A stretch of DNA of 60,686 nucleotides, counting the filler, from Basidiobolus ranarum (Eukaryota), in assembly GCA_040143965.1 (NCBI GenBank). It is 8 parts of 8 records of this genome, joined end to end, with 100 filler letters (N's around TTAATTAATTAA, not from the genome) between each part and the next. Parts side by side here need not be neighbours in the genome. Positions count along the whole stretch, not along the records: positions 7,618 to 15,132 come from JASJQH010001109.1; positions 15,233 to 22,741 come from JASJQH010001110.1; positions 22,842 to 30,339 come from JASJQH010001111.1; 5 more parts are not named here. The stretch is one strand, 5' to 3'. Within the stretch, counting starts at the first letter, position 1. Each line of letters starts with the position of its first letter. The notes under the pieces are model-generated. The model did not search any database. It was not told the origin of the DNA and was given only the letters and a program-made list of their open reading frames with translations. Made by a program: the position numbers and the translations under genes. Shown in pieces: positions 11,605-24,263 of this stretch.

Positions 11605-12564
11605 ATGACGGGACTATCATTTGAAGACAGACTACTTGAAGAATTCACAAATATCTCTAATAATGAAGCGTACAAATTAGCCTTTAACGATAGAGTCCTG
11701 CGGCGGAGTGATGATGGCAAGTCATTTGTTGGAAACGATCAACGAAAACATTTCATGCCTCTCTTGATTGACTCTATCAAAGATAAGAAAGCCATTCTAG
11801 ACGTAGGTGCTGGAGCTGGAGAATTCTTAAACGAAGTACATTCATACGTTCAACAAGCCACGTTCTACCTAGAGGAACCTAATTCGGCTTTACTCAATCG
11901 GTACAAAGAACACTTACAACAATATAACATTCAGCTAGGAGGCGCAGATGAGCGTACTATACAGGAATACTTGAAAGGGGATACTAAGATGGGCCCCGTT
12001 GACTGTATACTCTGCACGCATATGATATATCACTTAACCGACTTCACCTCCAAGAAAATCCAGCCGAAAGAGGATTTGATTGATTTTATTGTGGGATTGT
12101 ATGGCCAACTACGGGATGAAGGTAGTATTTTTTTGGTGTATGCAGATCTGGAAATAGCGTATACCGGTAAGATCGTACTTAGCTATTTTGAAACGTTGGA
12201 GCAGACACATTATCACTCGAATTTATCCCAACTTTATAAAGCACGAAATGATTTGTTGAGAGACCAGGGAGCACTTTCTGTATTGCAATCATTGCATCCT
12301 AATGATAGTATCACCATGGAGTCCCACCTGTTCCCAAGTCGATTCTATGGAGATACTATCGGTGATCTGGCAGCGATGAGTTTGGTTGGTGAATTGATAG
12401 AATCCAACGAAAAGACCTTTGAAATTCAGAAACTCAAGCATGCCATCCATGTATTGAACCAACCCAACAATGGAATTCAATTACTCAAGGAGGGCATGTG
12501 GAGTGCTAATCAGGAGCAAGTAGTGTGTATTATCAGAAAAAATTCCCGAAAAGAACTGGCGTGA
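11605..12564 (+). CDS. Class I SAM-dependent methyltransferase, intronless, substrate unknown
   Basis: 319-aa ORF with motif I ILDVGAGAGEF, acidic post-I YLEEPN, DCILCTHMIYHL and LRDEGSIFLV. Confidence 0.85.
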   Translation: MTGLSFEDRLLEEFTNISNNEAYKLAFNDRVLRRSDDGKSFVGNDQRKHFMPLLIDSIKDKKAILDVGAGAGEFLNEVHSYVQQATFYLEEPNSALLNRYKEHLQQYNIQLGGADERTIQEYLKGDTKMGPVDCILCTHMIYHLTDFTSKKIQPKEDLIDFIVGLYGQLRDEGSIFLVYADLEIAYTGKIVLSYFETLEQTHYHSNLSQLYKARNDLLRDQGALSVLQSLHPNDSITMESHLFPSRFYGDTIGDLAAMSLVGELIESNEKTFEIQKLKHAIHVLNQPNNGIQLLKEGMWSANQEQVVCIIRKNSRKELA

Positions 12565-12569
12565 GAAAT

Positions 12570-13470
12570 ATATGTTGAACTGGCCCTAACCTTGACTGGA
12601 TGCTTTTTACTCAGGACTGAGGAAATGGAAGTTAATAAAGTGACCATAGCACCACTGATCTGGAAATAGGCTCGGTTGTTTTGGCTAGGGTCTAATCCCA
12701 ACCCCTTCAAACATTGGTCCTACTTTGTATCTCAACAACTCCAATAGTGTTCTTTTGATCCTTTGATACTCTAATCTAAACAAAGTGACCATTAGGACAG
12801 CAATCTCCTAATATATTGTGATAGAATAGGATCATATCCATACTTGACTACCAATGCATTCAAGTTCTGAGGATGTACAGATAGTGTGTAGGGGAAGGGT
12901 GATAAACCGAAGGGAAGGGAGGTAGGATACACTATAGGAATAATGCAACAGAAAGCTAGAACAGTAGATCTTAAGAAAGGAATTTAGACAGTATGGAGCT
13001 ATTTCTAAAGATCTAACTGATAGTGTATGGCAACAATATCTGACTTTTCAGCTTAATGCATTTGCAAAGCCAGGTCGTATAGAATAGGATCATCTTGGAT
13101 TAATTTTCATCAGGGTAGTGAATTTGAAGGTGTGACAAGTCTCCTTTTGATCTATGGATTTTTGCAATGATGCAGTCTGAGTAGCCAACTTCCTCTCAGC
13201 AGTAGCACTTTTATATGTTACAGAAAGACCTCAAAACATGATTATATAAAGGCTCAGGCAGATCAGCCAGGAGTAGTCTTAATCAATAGCTGATGAATCT
13301 ATCAAGCTTAGAATAGTCCCTTTGGTTCAGCAAGAGTAGATATATACCAAATTGCAAGATTAGTAACACAAATGGCTTCAAGAGTATCTGGAAGTTGTGT
13401 TAGGCTATATTGGGAGGAGTTACTACATGTAACCCATGTACAGCTTGTTTAGCCAGGGAGATTCTGCTGA
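12570..13470 (-). mobile_element. Decayed Ty3/gypsy pol remnant
   Basis: The minus strand shows RPG.ANALS*K (like the RNase H end YRPG..ADALSR) near 13050-13085 and weak integrase-like pieces downstream. Full of stops and CpG-poor. Confidence 0.4.
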
Positions 13471-13511
13471 AATTAGCATTGTCTGAACACCTATATAGTC
13501 ATATATAGCTT

Positions 13512-13759
13512 AGTATTTAGTTATCCTACATTGAACTAAGATTCCGCGAGCTATTCTCAATTGGTACTTAGTTCTCAGATATATAGATTTTTCAAACTAG
13601 TACTAGAAGCCCCAAACTTTGCACACATGTTCTACGTATCTTTTGTTTACCTCTTGACAAAACTATAAATGTCAACTTTCAACTAAATAAATTAACTAAT
13701 GAAACCACCAATTTCTTTGGTTCTCCTAACCACTTCCAACAGGCTCCCAAAATACTTTA
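13512..13759 (+). repeat. Dispersed repeat, copy 1 (copy 2 at 22842-23139)
   Basis: Shared blocks AGTTCTCAGATATATAGATTTTTCAAA, CTAGAAGCCCCAAACTTTGCACACATGTT and CACTTCCAACAGGCTCCCAAAATACTTTA. Confidence 0.85.
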
Positions 13760-14696
13760 ATACGCACCTACAAAGGTAACCCTACATTGTATGGCTATTC
13801 TTACTTCTATAACTGACATACTTAAATTCATTCTCTATTATACGCCAACCAATGGTGGAGAGTTTGAATGGCCGTCTTGACTCACTGAAAGGCAACTGGG
13901 ATTGCTATACTTTTGTGAAGACGTGACAGGCATTTGTCAAATGCGTTAGAAATTAGTATTAGAATGAATCAGTGTCTTGTTGAGTGATCTTAGTGTTACT
14001 TGTTTTGTATCCTTTTCTTTTTGTCACATTTCTTACTTTTCTTGTATATTGTGATGGAATAATCTCAGAATATAATTCTGTTATATCGATCAATCCCCAG
14101 AGTTGATCCAACTGTAGCGATTAATTCATACCATTGATTGTTGAATGCTCTCTAACGGTATAGAATACTCTGAGTGCCAAATTTGGGATAATTGTGATGG
14201 GCTTCCTGCTAAGTTATTGCAGTTTATGGTATTCATGAAACTGAAAATATCGCAAGATCTTCAGTTTGGCAATTGAGTAAATATTATTAAAAACCAGTGG
14301 AATGCTTTAACAAATCTTACTAGTAACAAAATCATCCTTATATAGATTAGTGGATGTGAAATGAACAATCTGCGGAGTTACAGGAAAAGGGAATTGCACA
14401 CTTCCTGACTAAAAGTACTTTAGAATCATGTGTACATTTGGATGTGCTACCAAGTACAACTCTCACTTCTAACTTTTATGGAAATTATTCCGGATTGGGG
14501 ACAAGAAGAACAGGTACGTTCACAATTAATTTGCCCTTATTGACTTAGTTTTTAGACAGGTTTATGCCTTGTTACCCAAGAGTTCCCAGAGGTAAAGTGT
14601 TCAGTGGCATAGTGACACATGAGATGGAAATGGTTATAAAAATGGAGTTTGGTCTCTTTCAATATACAAGAAATCCGTGAATACAACACTAATAAC

Positions 14697-15132
14697 ATGA
14701 AGATCACTCTCCTGGTTCTCTCAGCTATTTCAGTAGCTATTTCTATGGCTCCATCGGCCTTGGCGGCTGACGATAAAGTAATTGTCGGGTATTATGTACC
14801 TTGGGGTAATGTCCAGCCTAGTCAGCTCAGTTACGATAAGGTTACCCATATCAATTACGGTGAGTGGTCCCTAGGGTTTATGACTCCATCTATGTATTCA
14901 CTAATAGGATTATAAGGTTTTGGTGTGCTAACAAAGAAGAATGATCCAGCAAATATCTTCATTGACCCTGATTATGATGGTCCTGCTATTCGCCAACTGA
15001 AAACTTTGGCAGCCGCCAAAGGAGTCAAGGTTCAGATATCCATCGGTGGTTGGACCGGTAGTCAGACTTTCTCACTAGTAGCCCGAGATGCTGCTCTTCG
15101 TCAAAAGTTCATCAATAATGCCCTTGTATTTG
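14697..15132 (+). CDS. Secreted GH18 chitinase, 5' part (truncated by contig end)
   Basis: Signal peptide MKITLLVLSAISVAISMAPSALA, then VIVGYYVPW and VTHINYG|F (intron 14860-14916), then KVQISIGGWTGS and RQKFINNA. Confidence 0.9.
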
Positions 15133-15232
15133 NNNNNNNNNNNNNNNNNNNNNNNNNNNNNNNNNNNNNNNNNNNNTTAATTAATTAANNNNNNNNNNNN
15201 NNNNNNNNNNNNNNNNNNNNNNNNNNNNNNNN
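15133..15232. other. Artificial contig linker
   Basis: N44-TTAATTAATTAA-N44. Confidence 0.99.
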
Positions 15233-16376
15233 ATACTTGAGGTCTCCAATATAATACATCAGTATTAATGTATAGCTAACTGACTGTATTTTTTTATAAG
15301 GTTTTCATAAGGTTTATTCCTAGGGATTAAATGCAATGTTCACATGTTATAGGGAACAATCGATACACTCCAAGAAGATCAAAATCGAATTTCTCTAGTC
15401 ATTGCGTTTTGATAAGCAGGGTTACTTGAAGATACGAGGAATGTGAGCACACTCAACATTAAACATTTCTCTTGTTAAAACTAACAATTGGCAAAAAGTG
15501 AATATCCATTGATTTTTTTAATATCAAGGGGCACACCCCATATGTGCCCAAATAAGTACAACTCGGTACATAAGCGTAAGGAAAACTCACTAGTATAGCT
15601 TCATTTATTTCTGACCAGTCACCACTAATATACTTTAGATTCCGCCAAAGACCAAACAAAGAAAACATCCCAATATATCATCAAATTTAGCAACTTTCAT
15701 GTGTAGAGATCAAACCATAAGCATGCATTATATAATGATGTTGTGTGTTTGATTAGATAACATATACATAACACCAAAGCCAATATTATACAAGTAATCA
15801 GCTTCTATATTCTTAATTACTCTAAACAGAACTATGATCTGCCAGCTAGAAATATGGCAGTAAAGCCCCTAAACTCTGTATAATAGTGCGGAGTTTAAAT
15901 AATAGCCTGTAGAATACTCTACTTCCCTAACCGGAATCATAACCCATACCAGTCATGCATGCAGGTGATAAAGCGATACTCCATCCAACTATCTGTATTT
16001 GGTTCCATGCAAAGGGTAAAACTACAGCTACGGTGAATGAAACAGCCACTAATCACAGCAAGATTGTATAAGCAGCTTACTGTAAATACCATATGATAAT
16101 ACCCTTAGCCCTTAAAGAACCCAGCTATTATTCGCTAATCGGGGCTATCTCAACGTAAATCACCTGCCTTGAATTGTAATTTACCAGTATTCAAAATGAC
16201 TTGCGGCATGGGGTGATTGGATCCTCATACTCCATATTTGGGAAAATACTGTTAGTATTTAATGGCTATGCGGCGGCTTGATCATCTCCAGTTTCCTTTT
16301 TTTATCTTCACCTCTGCATTGTAATTAATTCCTCTTTAGCTACCTTCAACTACCACAATCACCAGGAGCGAATGCA

Positions 16377-17497
16377 ATGGATAGCTCTTTTGACACAACT
16401 TTCAATCAGAATTATCTGAAAATCTCCCCCGAGGAGAAAAAACTTTCTACTTTTGAGGACCCCTCTAAATTTTCACTTGAATCCGCCTACTTTACACCGC
16501 CGCAAAGCTCACGCTCACCATCTTCATCATTTCTATCCAGCGAGTCTTCGCAAAGATATAACCAAGAGCAACCAACCAAACTTACAGAGTTTACCAAACG
16601 AAAAAACTGGCGAAATCGAATTGTCAGTGAATTCGAAGACTTCCATTTTGTGATTTCGCCGAGTTATGGTTTTATATACTGTTCCCCCTCTTCACAAGAG
16701 TTGGTTGGATATAGACCAGATGAATTACTTGGCAGGAATATTATGGATTTCATTCACGTAGATGATGTTGACACCTTCGTCAGGAAAACCAACCTTTCCT
16801 TGGTTAGTAAGGAACTTTATTTCTACTACCGATTCCGAAAGAAGGATGACAAGTTCATTATGTTTGAAGTACATGGTCATCCCTACTACCGACCGGGCGA
16901 TTTATATCCTATATGCTTCTTCTGCATAGGCCGTCCATATGCATCCAAGGCCAGCAGTATGTTGGACACATTCTTAGAGCTTAAAATAGAGAACGAGTTA
17001 CTTCAAAAGCGTCTCAGTGAATTTGAAGGTTCCTCACAGGACCAACCTTCTATCGGTGAGAATTCCAAATCCAAGACCGGATCACCACACATGAATTCCG
17101 AAAAGAGCCCCTCAAGTACTGGAAGAAGTTCCATTGATCTACGCGGGGGAAACAGCGATGTTTCGAGAAGAAACCTTGATAACGATGATAGTTCTTCCGG
17201 ACGAGAGAATCTCTGCAAACCAAAAGCAAAGGTATTCATATGTTTCGATTACCACTCTATATGTTCAAATTGATTAAGCAACTTTAATTTAAAGAAACGA
17301 AAACCGAGTGAAGACAGTCAAAACCATATTTGCACTGAGTGTGGAACAGTGGAATCTCCCGAATGGAGGAAAGGCCCAATGGGCCCAAAAACGTAAGTTA
17401 TCTAACCATGATATATTGGAATATTTGATTTGGTATTAATCATATGTTCAGTCTATGTAACGCCTGTGGTTTACGGTGGGCAAAAAAAGGCAAATGA
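16377..17497 (+). CDS. wc-2: White collar-2-like PAS plus GATA zinc-finger transcription factor (exons 16377-17231, 17295-17392, 17452-17497)
   Basis: EFTKRKNW followed by a PAS domain ([30 protein letters not shown]), coiled coil [18 protein letters not shown], and GATA finger [33 protein letters not shown]. Confidence 0.88.
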
Positions 17498-20400
17498 GAG
17501 CTGGACTTTTAATTGCACCTCTTCCTTAGGGACCTCGACAACTGTAGATTTTTCAAATCCTTTCACATCACTTTTTTGTAGATAGTATCGATACAACCCC
17601 GTATGATGCTTGAAAACTTGCCTTTGCATCTCTTGCCATGTACGCACCAATCCACTGAATGAACATTCTCTTTATTATGATACTCTGTATTAATACATAG
17701 CCATGTAGTCAATTTAAAATCCTAATATTTCACCTTGGTCCGTACTGTATAGTAACAAGTGTTTGGAACCTCTTCTCACATTATCTTTAAACAATGTACC
17801 AATTACCCCTCCCTCCTGTATTGGTTACTTACAGCACATATATAAATTATTTTATGTTCAAATATATATAATAAGTACACTAATAACAAGTGAATCTTGA
17901 TTGTGGTAGCACTTGATACAATTCCTTTTTTTTGTTTGAACCAAAGAAATAGTCAGTTAGATTGGGAGTGACGACCTCTAGACTAAGTATGGAAATAAGA
18001 GGTGGCCGATTTCCTCAAGATCCGATCTATGGTACTATGAAAATTCAATATCATCGGAGTAATATAATCGCTGATCTCAGAATGCAAACTTTGATCGCTC
18101 GTTTTAGGAGTGGGTTTGTCACCTAACTTCTCCTTATGGTATGTACTCAGATTTCATTACCTCATTGAATCTCAGAGAAGTTCCATCTCCCTATAATCCC
18201 TTATCTCCCCCACGCGCAATGCATTATGTAAGAAAGATGCATTCAATGTTCATGAGGCTTTGCTCAGTTCACCAAAGGTTTCAAACTTAATTGCCAACAA
18301 TTCGGCTCAATATAGCTTTATTATTATGCATATATTCCCTTACCCACGATATTCATCCACAGATCCATAACTTTTGGTAGTCGGTAGTATTAATTCAGAT
18401 CGGTGAATATCCTTTCTACTCTCTAACCTGAATAATCCGATTAGGTTTCTGTGGACTCGATAGAACAATCAAGTTATTGCGTACATGAAGTTCGAAAAAA
18501 ATAAATGGTTTTTTTGAGCGGAGTAATTTTAAACAACAGAGGGCTACATTCAGCTACACTTACTGTGACCAGCTATTAGGAAGTTTCCAAAGCAACCGGA
18601 TTTTATGTGATTCAATTACTTATTAGTAAGCACACATAGTACATATACTTGTACATAGGAAGTCATCAGTAAAAATGAGAAGAGGATATACTTCAAAGAA
18701 ACCCAATCACTATAAATTACTTAACAAGTAATATGAGTATGCATCATCTCCCATTAACATCAAGTCACATGGTTATTTTATACTATAGACTTTCTATATG
18801 CTACTATGCTACCCATTCCTGGCGCTTGTGATTTAAGAAAATAGGATGGAGCAAGTATCGTCAAGAAGTGGAGTCACTATGAAAAGTAAACCTAGGAGTA
18901 TCAAATCAAATTTGGCCTCATATTACCTTGACTATGTTCTTTTTAACAAGATCCTTGCAAAGTCAATCTTTCCCCTATCCAGACTAGAATGAGACACCTA
19001 TAAGACTGAACCAATCAGTAGCTGAAAGGCTATTTCAGTCTGTGCTACCTGCCATCCAAACTACATGAGATGGCGGTATCAAGATTATGATCAGTGCCGG
19101 GTGAGATCACGGACCTAAAACGATCATCAGTTTTATCATTGCATCAATGTTGATATATTGTACAGGTTTTTAATGGGGGTGGCATTGCAAAGGATTTGGT
19201 GCGAGACTGTGATGTAACGAAGTGGGGCATCGGGCCAGATCGAAAACCAAGTTCGATCCTATAATAAGAAGTCATTGATTTATTAAGCATCGATCGAGGA
19301 AAGAAAACACTTCCAAGTCATTTGATATTCCACGTTAAATTAAATTGGCCATAATTGACATTACTTAATTTAATCTGAATATATTAGTACTACGTGTATA
19401 TATGCAACCAGTTGGAAAAAGAGTATTTACTGACCAACTCATGGGAAATTGCTGAGGCTCTCATCTAGACACCGTCTAAAACCAAAGGATGCTATTAAGA
19501 ATAGATAGAACCAACAACAATAGTTCATTACCTTGACTACTGAAGACGAAACTAACTCTCTTACCGGGAATCACTTGAGTATGCATCGGATTGTATATTG
19601 GCGTTAAAGGCTGGTATAAGCGTTCTAGTCATCCAATAAGGTATAGTCATCATTTCCATTTTTAGGTAAGTCAGTGCTGCTCATAGGTAATTGAATGTCT
19701 CACATTCTAGAGTCACTATCGATCGGCAAAAGTTGCACGTAGTGAAGAGCTAACAATTTTCACATTGAATTACTTCTGAGCATTGTCGATAACGAATTCA
19801 TCCCTACTTCATGGCTGCAATAGCACCAGAAATGGAGAATCAGGGGTTCAAGTCCATGCATTTCACCCTAGTGGATCATTAAATGGTGATCATGTATAAT
19901 AGATTATATGCGGATGTACAAGGAATCCTCTGTGTGATTGGTAATAGTATGGTCCAAGCATACCAGCTGCACTCAGCTTGGCGCAAACATGAGTGCTACA
20001 CATAGAGATGCCACCAATGAGTCTATTGTTCCTTGACGGGATATATATATGATGTAAGTGATTGAATTGCTAAAAGTAGATCTTTACGCGGCAGCTAATC
20101 GTCATGTTAGAGGTCAATATGGTTTCCCGATTCAGCTTCACCAATGCAGCTATGTTTTAGAGAATCAGACCAATCAAAATGCCGCCTCTCATAAACAATC
20201 TGCATAATACATACAGACGTGGTATTAGTAACAACGTACATGCTTTGTGGTTGCTACAGATCGCTCTTTGAAGAGTGTCGGTGTTATAGAATCGCACAGT
20301 ATCGGAAATAAAGCGGTGCAAACAGGGAATTCAAAGGGGCTGTGATAGCACTGTTGAAACCAATCTGATTACTTAAGCAGCAAGTTATTAACATGCATTG

Positions 20401-20736
20401 ATCTATTGGTTAGTTATAGATCTCCGTGCACTTCTTCATATCTGGTACTAGCCAAGCTTATTGAATTGGATTAATAAATTGACTTACTGAATTGGATTAT
20501 CGAATTAGCTTACGGAATTGGTCACTGCTTCATATTAATGTCAGTTGAGTTGAGATTTGTAATTTGAGAGCTATATAAGCTTGCCAGATCTCAGAAGAGC
20601 AATTCATCAATCAATTTTTGATTTGTATTGCTTCATCCGATCTTTTCTTTCGACGCATACGCCTACTAATCCAACGAGTCACCGAGTCAGATATACTTCT
20701 CCCCTTTGCCTATTCCATCTCGCTAAGAATCCAATA

Positions 20737-21657
20737 ATGGATATTCTAGAATTAATTCACTTGGATAACGCAGAGGAATCTGAAAAGCCCTTTCGTTGTA
20801 CCTGGCCCAATTGTACCAAAGGGTTTTCCCGACGTTCAGATCTTTCCAGACATTGTAGAATCCACACCAACGATAGACCTTTTGTTTGCCAGACGCCAGG
20901 ATGTGCCAAAAGCTTCATACAGGTAGGAGTGTAACTCATTTGACTAGGGTTTGAATCAGTTATTAATTGTGGGAGTACCTTTTAGCGTTCTGCTTTAACA
21001 GTTCACCAAAGGACACATTCAGGTGAACGCCCACACGGCTGTGAATACGATGGTTGTAATAAAACATTCAGCGACAGCAGTTCTTTAGCCCGTCATCGCC
21101 GCATCCATACTGGTAATCGACCGTACAAGTGCAAGTATGAGGATTGTGCAAAGAGGTACATTGAGCTATTTCATGTTCATGCTGAATACTAGTCTAACAA
21201 TATAATGGTTCAAAGTTTTTGCCGAAAATCTGTACTCACTAAGCACTTGAAGGATGCGCATAATTCACATCGCAAAACAAATATGAAACGGGCTGATGCT
21301 GATTATAGAAGTAGCAGTAGTAGCAATGGTAGTTCTAGCGCCGATTATCATATAAATGATACATTCGTTATGGCTCCAATTGGTGTCAATTCCAGCAGTG
21401 ATTCACATCAGTTTCAAGGAGGCGCACTTACCTCCCACATGCTACCCTATCAACATTTTCCAAGTAGATCACAAGAATACTTATCACCCGTATCCTCATC
21501 TCCACCAATGTCCCTATCTCATTCGCCCTTTTCACAAGATTCCGAAGTAGCCAACGATCATGCTTCTTCACCACTTCCCTCTTTTCAGGATTTTCCCGAT
21601 CGTCAAATTCGAAATAGAGAGTTCTATCCACTTGTGGTTCTACCTCCTTGTTCTTAA
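20737..21657 (+). CDS. C2H2 zinc-finger transcription factor with four fingers (exons 20737-20922, 20986-21155, 21216-21657)
   Basis: Fingers CTWPNC..HCRIH, CQTPGC..HQRTH, CEYDGC..HRRIH and CKYEDC..HLKDAH with TGE/NRP-type linkers, then a Ser/Pro-rich tail. Confidence 0.9.
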
Positions 21658-22188
21658 ACTTTTTAGCAGAGTCGGATTGTTATGAAATATAAATCACACC
21701 ATCCATGTACATATATATCCTGCTTCTACCCGTCCCTTCCCTTTCATATATAATTCTTTCGCACTGACTGTCCTCTACTGGGATGTAAATGAATGCGTTT
21801 ATAGACCCTTTCTATCAAAAGCACGACCAATTTTTGAACATGATCCAATGTATAATGCAATATTCTCTCCTCTCCAAGCACTGACTATAAATATTTCATA
21901 ACATTCAACGACACTCCAATCAAATAATGATTTTTCCGAATTAGAGGTTCAATGTAACCCATGCAACTAGCCCCCATGCAGGACGCCGTCTAATTGGGCG
22001 CCCTACGCATGATATGTTCATGGGCGAACTAGAATCCATATCATGTCACACTTCACAATATGAGACAATTAGAAAGCAGATTAAATTCCAGATTGAGATA
22101 GTATCCAAGGAGAATTCATGTTACTAAGTCAAGAGATGAGTTCTTGTGTCTATCGAGGTAGAGACCATATTTAGTGTAGCGGATCTCA

Positions 22189-22274
22189 AGCTAACAGTAA
22201 TCTTATATATATAGCTAACAGTAATCTTATATATATAGCTAACAGTAATCTTATATATATAGCTAACAGTAATC
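22189..22274. repeat. Perfect 24-bp tandem repeat, about 3.6 copies
   Basis: AGCTAACAGTAATCTTATATATAT at 22189, 22213, 22237 and a partial copy at 22261. Confidence 0.95.
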
Positions 22275-22741
22275 AATCAAACTATTACAAAATTTTATGT
22301 TGAAGCAACTCGACATACTGTTCTGGCCCTGGATTCGCTATGGTTGAATCATCGTACCAACTATATTCGTTATTGCTTTACCACTCTATCCATATTTATA
22401 TTGAAGCAGTCTATAAGCAGTAATTCGGGTGTATATAGTACTTATTATTATTCATGCTGTGTATACACAAATCCATGGTTTTTACGAATAAATTGACCCG
22501 TGACTTTCCTTCGTTCTTTTCGAGAGTTGACATCCACTGGTGTGACAATTTGAAGTGAATGAATGATTAGTCAATTGGAAACTCTAATAACTAGATATAG
22601 TGAACTGGTAATGATACTCAATATCCATTTTGAGGTGAGGTACTGATAGCCCACCGAGCCCAAGCAGCTGAGTTAATTCTATTATGATCATATTTGGTAA
22701 TGTATGGTTTCCAATACTTTGAAATAGATATAAATCAACTA

Positions 22742-22841
22742 NNNNNNNNNNNNNNNNNNNNNNNNNNNNNNNNNNNNNNNNNNNNTTAATTAATTAANNN
22801 NNNNNNNNNNNNNNNNNNNNNNNNNNNNNNNNNNNNNNNNN
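22742..22841. other. Artificial contig linker
   Basis: N44-TTAATTAATTAA-N44. Confidence 0.99.
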
Positions 22842-23139
22842 AGTACTTAGTTATCTTGTAATTCACTAAGATATTATCAATTATTCTCAATTGGAATTTA
22901 CTTAGAATATTTTTACCAACTTAGAAGTTCTCAGATATATAGATTTTTCAAATTTGTGCTAGAAGCCCCAAACTTTGCACACATGTTCCTGGGACCTTCC
23001 TTAACACATTTTACATGTTAGTTTGCTTACATCTTGATAAAACTATAAACGTCAGCTTTCTACTCAATACATCAATAAGTGAAAACCACCAATTTCTTTA
23101 ATTCTCGAAAACACTTCCAACAGGCTCCCAAATACTTTA
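22842..23139 (+). repeat. Dispersed repeat, copy 2 (copy 1 at 13512-13759)
   Basis: Same blocks as copy 1 with two small insertions; sits at the contig start. Confidence 0.85.
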
Positions 23140-24263
23140 TCATTTTTTACTAATGAGACTAATTTCTGACACTGCTCTCAATTTAGATTTGTTGTTGAAT
23201 TCCCATTAGTAGTGGTATCTATTTGAAGAAGATGTATTTGCTTATACAATGCACAAATATTCAATATCTAAGTAAAAAGCATTGGCTAATTTTTTTCAAC
23301 ATTGAAATCAAGATGTCACTTAAATATTAACATTTTAATTTTTGATGGTTTAATCATACTTAGATACTGGGCGGAATCCTTGTTTGAATATATTCATGGA
23401 AGCCTCACCATTGATATTGATAACGAGTCATTAAACCAATATACAAACTAAATATTACTATTGGTAAACCAGTTTTCACTTGTATATACCTCTTAGTATG
23501 GAATGTGGTAAAGGTTTCATTATCATTATGAGGTAACATTTTCACACGGGAGGATAACCATGGTAAACAAAAAATTTGGATTGAACAGAATTGGATGGGA
23601 CGGGATGGGAACTTAAACTCATTCGGTTATGTTTGGAACGACAGAATGGGATTACGCAGTGAGGAGGGTATTGATTAGGCTAGGTAGGGTAGGGTAGGGT
23701 AAGATAGAATTGGGAGGCTTAAATTATATCAATGATTAAATAAAGCTATAAAGAGAAACCAATTACCAATACCGTTAGTCTGGAATTGATTTTGGATTTC
23801 CATTGCCATTGCCGTTACCATAATTCCTACTGTCTGCACTCATACTGTTACACCACACATATCGTGGGAATTCTTAATTTTCTATCAATTACGTTGGTGT
23901 AACTAGTGGCGGCTAGTCATATAGGTGGACTTGCAACCCGAATTCTTCACATTATACTACCACACTGCGCCTCAAATTTGAATCTATGCGATGAATCATC
24001 ATTTGATATTATGAAATAATGTAGCTAAGAATGAGTCTTTAATGGCTAACTTTGAAATGTGATTGAATTAAGGGATTATAACATGCAGTTTGGTGGTTTC
24101 TGAATGGAAGTGGGAATCATTGCAGGAGGAAGGAGGGAACATAGTTCTGACAATATGTAATGAATATGAAGATGAAGAAATATAATGTTTATGATACAAC
24201 CCTTCCATCTGTACCATTGATCCCACCACTACCGGCCATTACTACTACACTCATATCAGTAAT

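Noticed and set aside
17500-20700. 3.2-kb ORF-free interval between two transcription-factor genes
   Set aside because: No RNA gene, repeat or coding remnant recognisable by eye; consistent with a long regulatory region.
22189-22274. 24-bp repeats as a CRISPR array or telomeric repeat
   Set aside because: No spacers, internal location and AT-rich; an ordinary minisatellite.
23681-23702. (GGGTA)n tract as telomere or G-quadruplex
   Set aside because: Only about four units with three GGG runs, internal; treated as a microsatellite.
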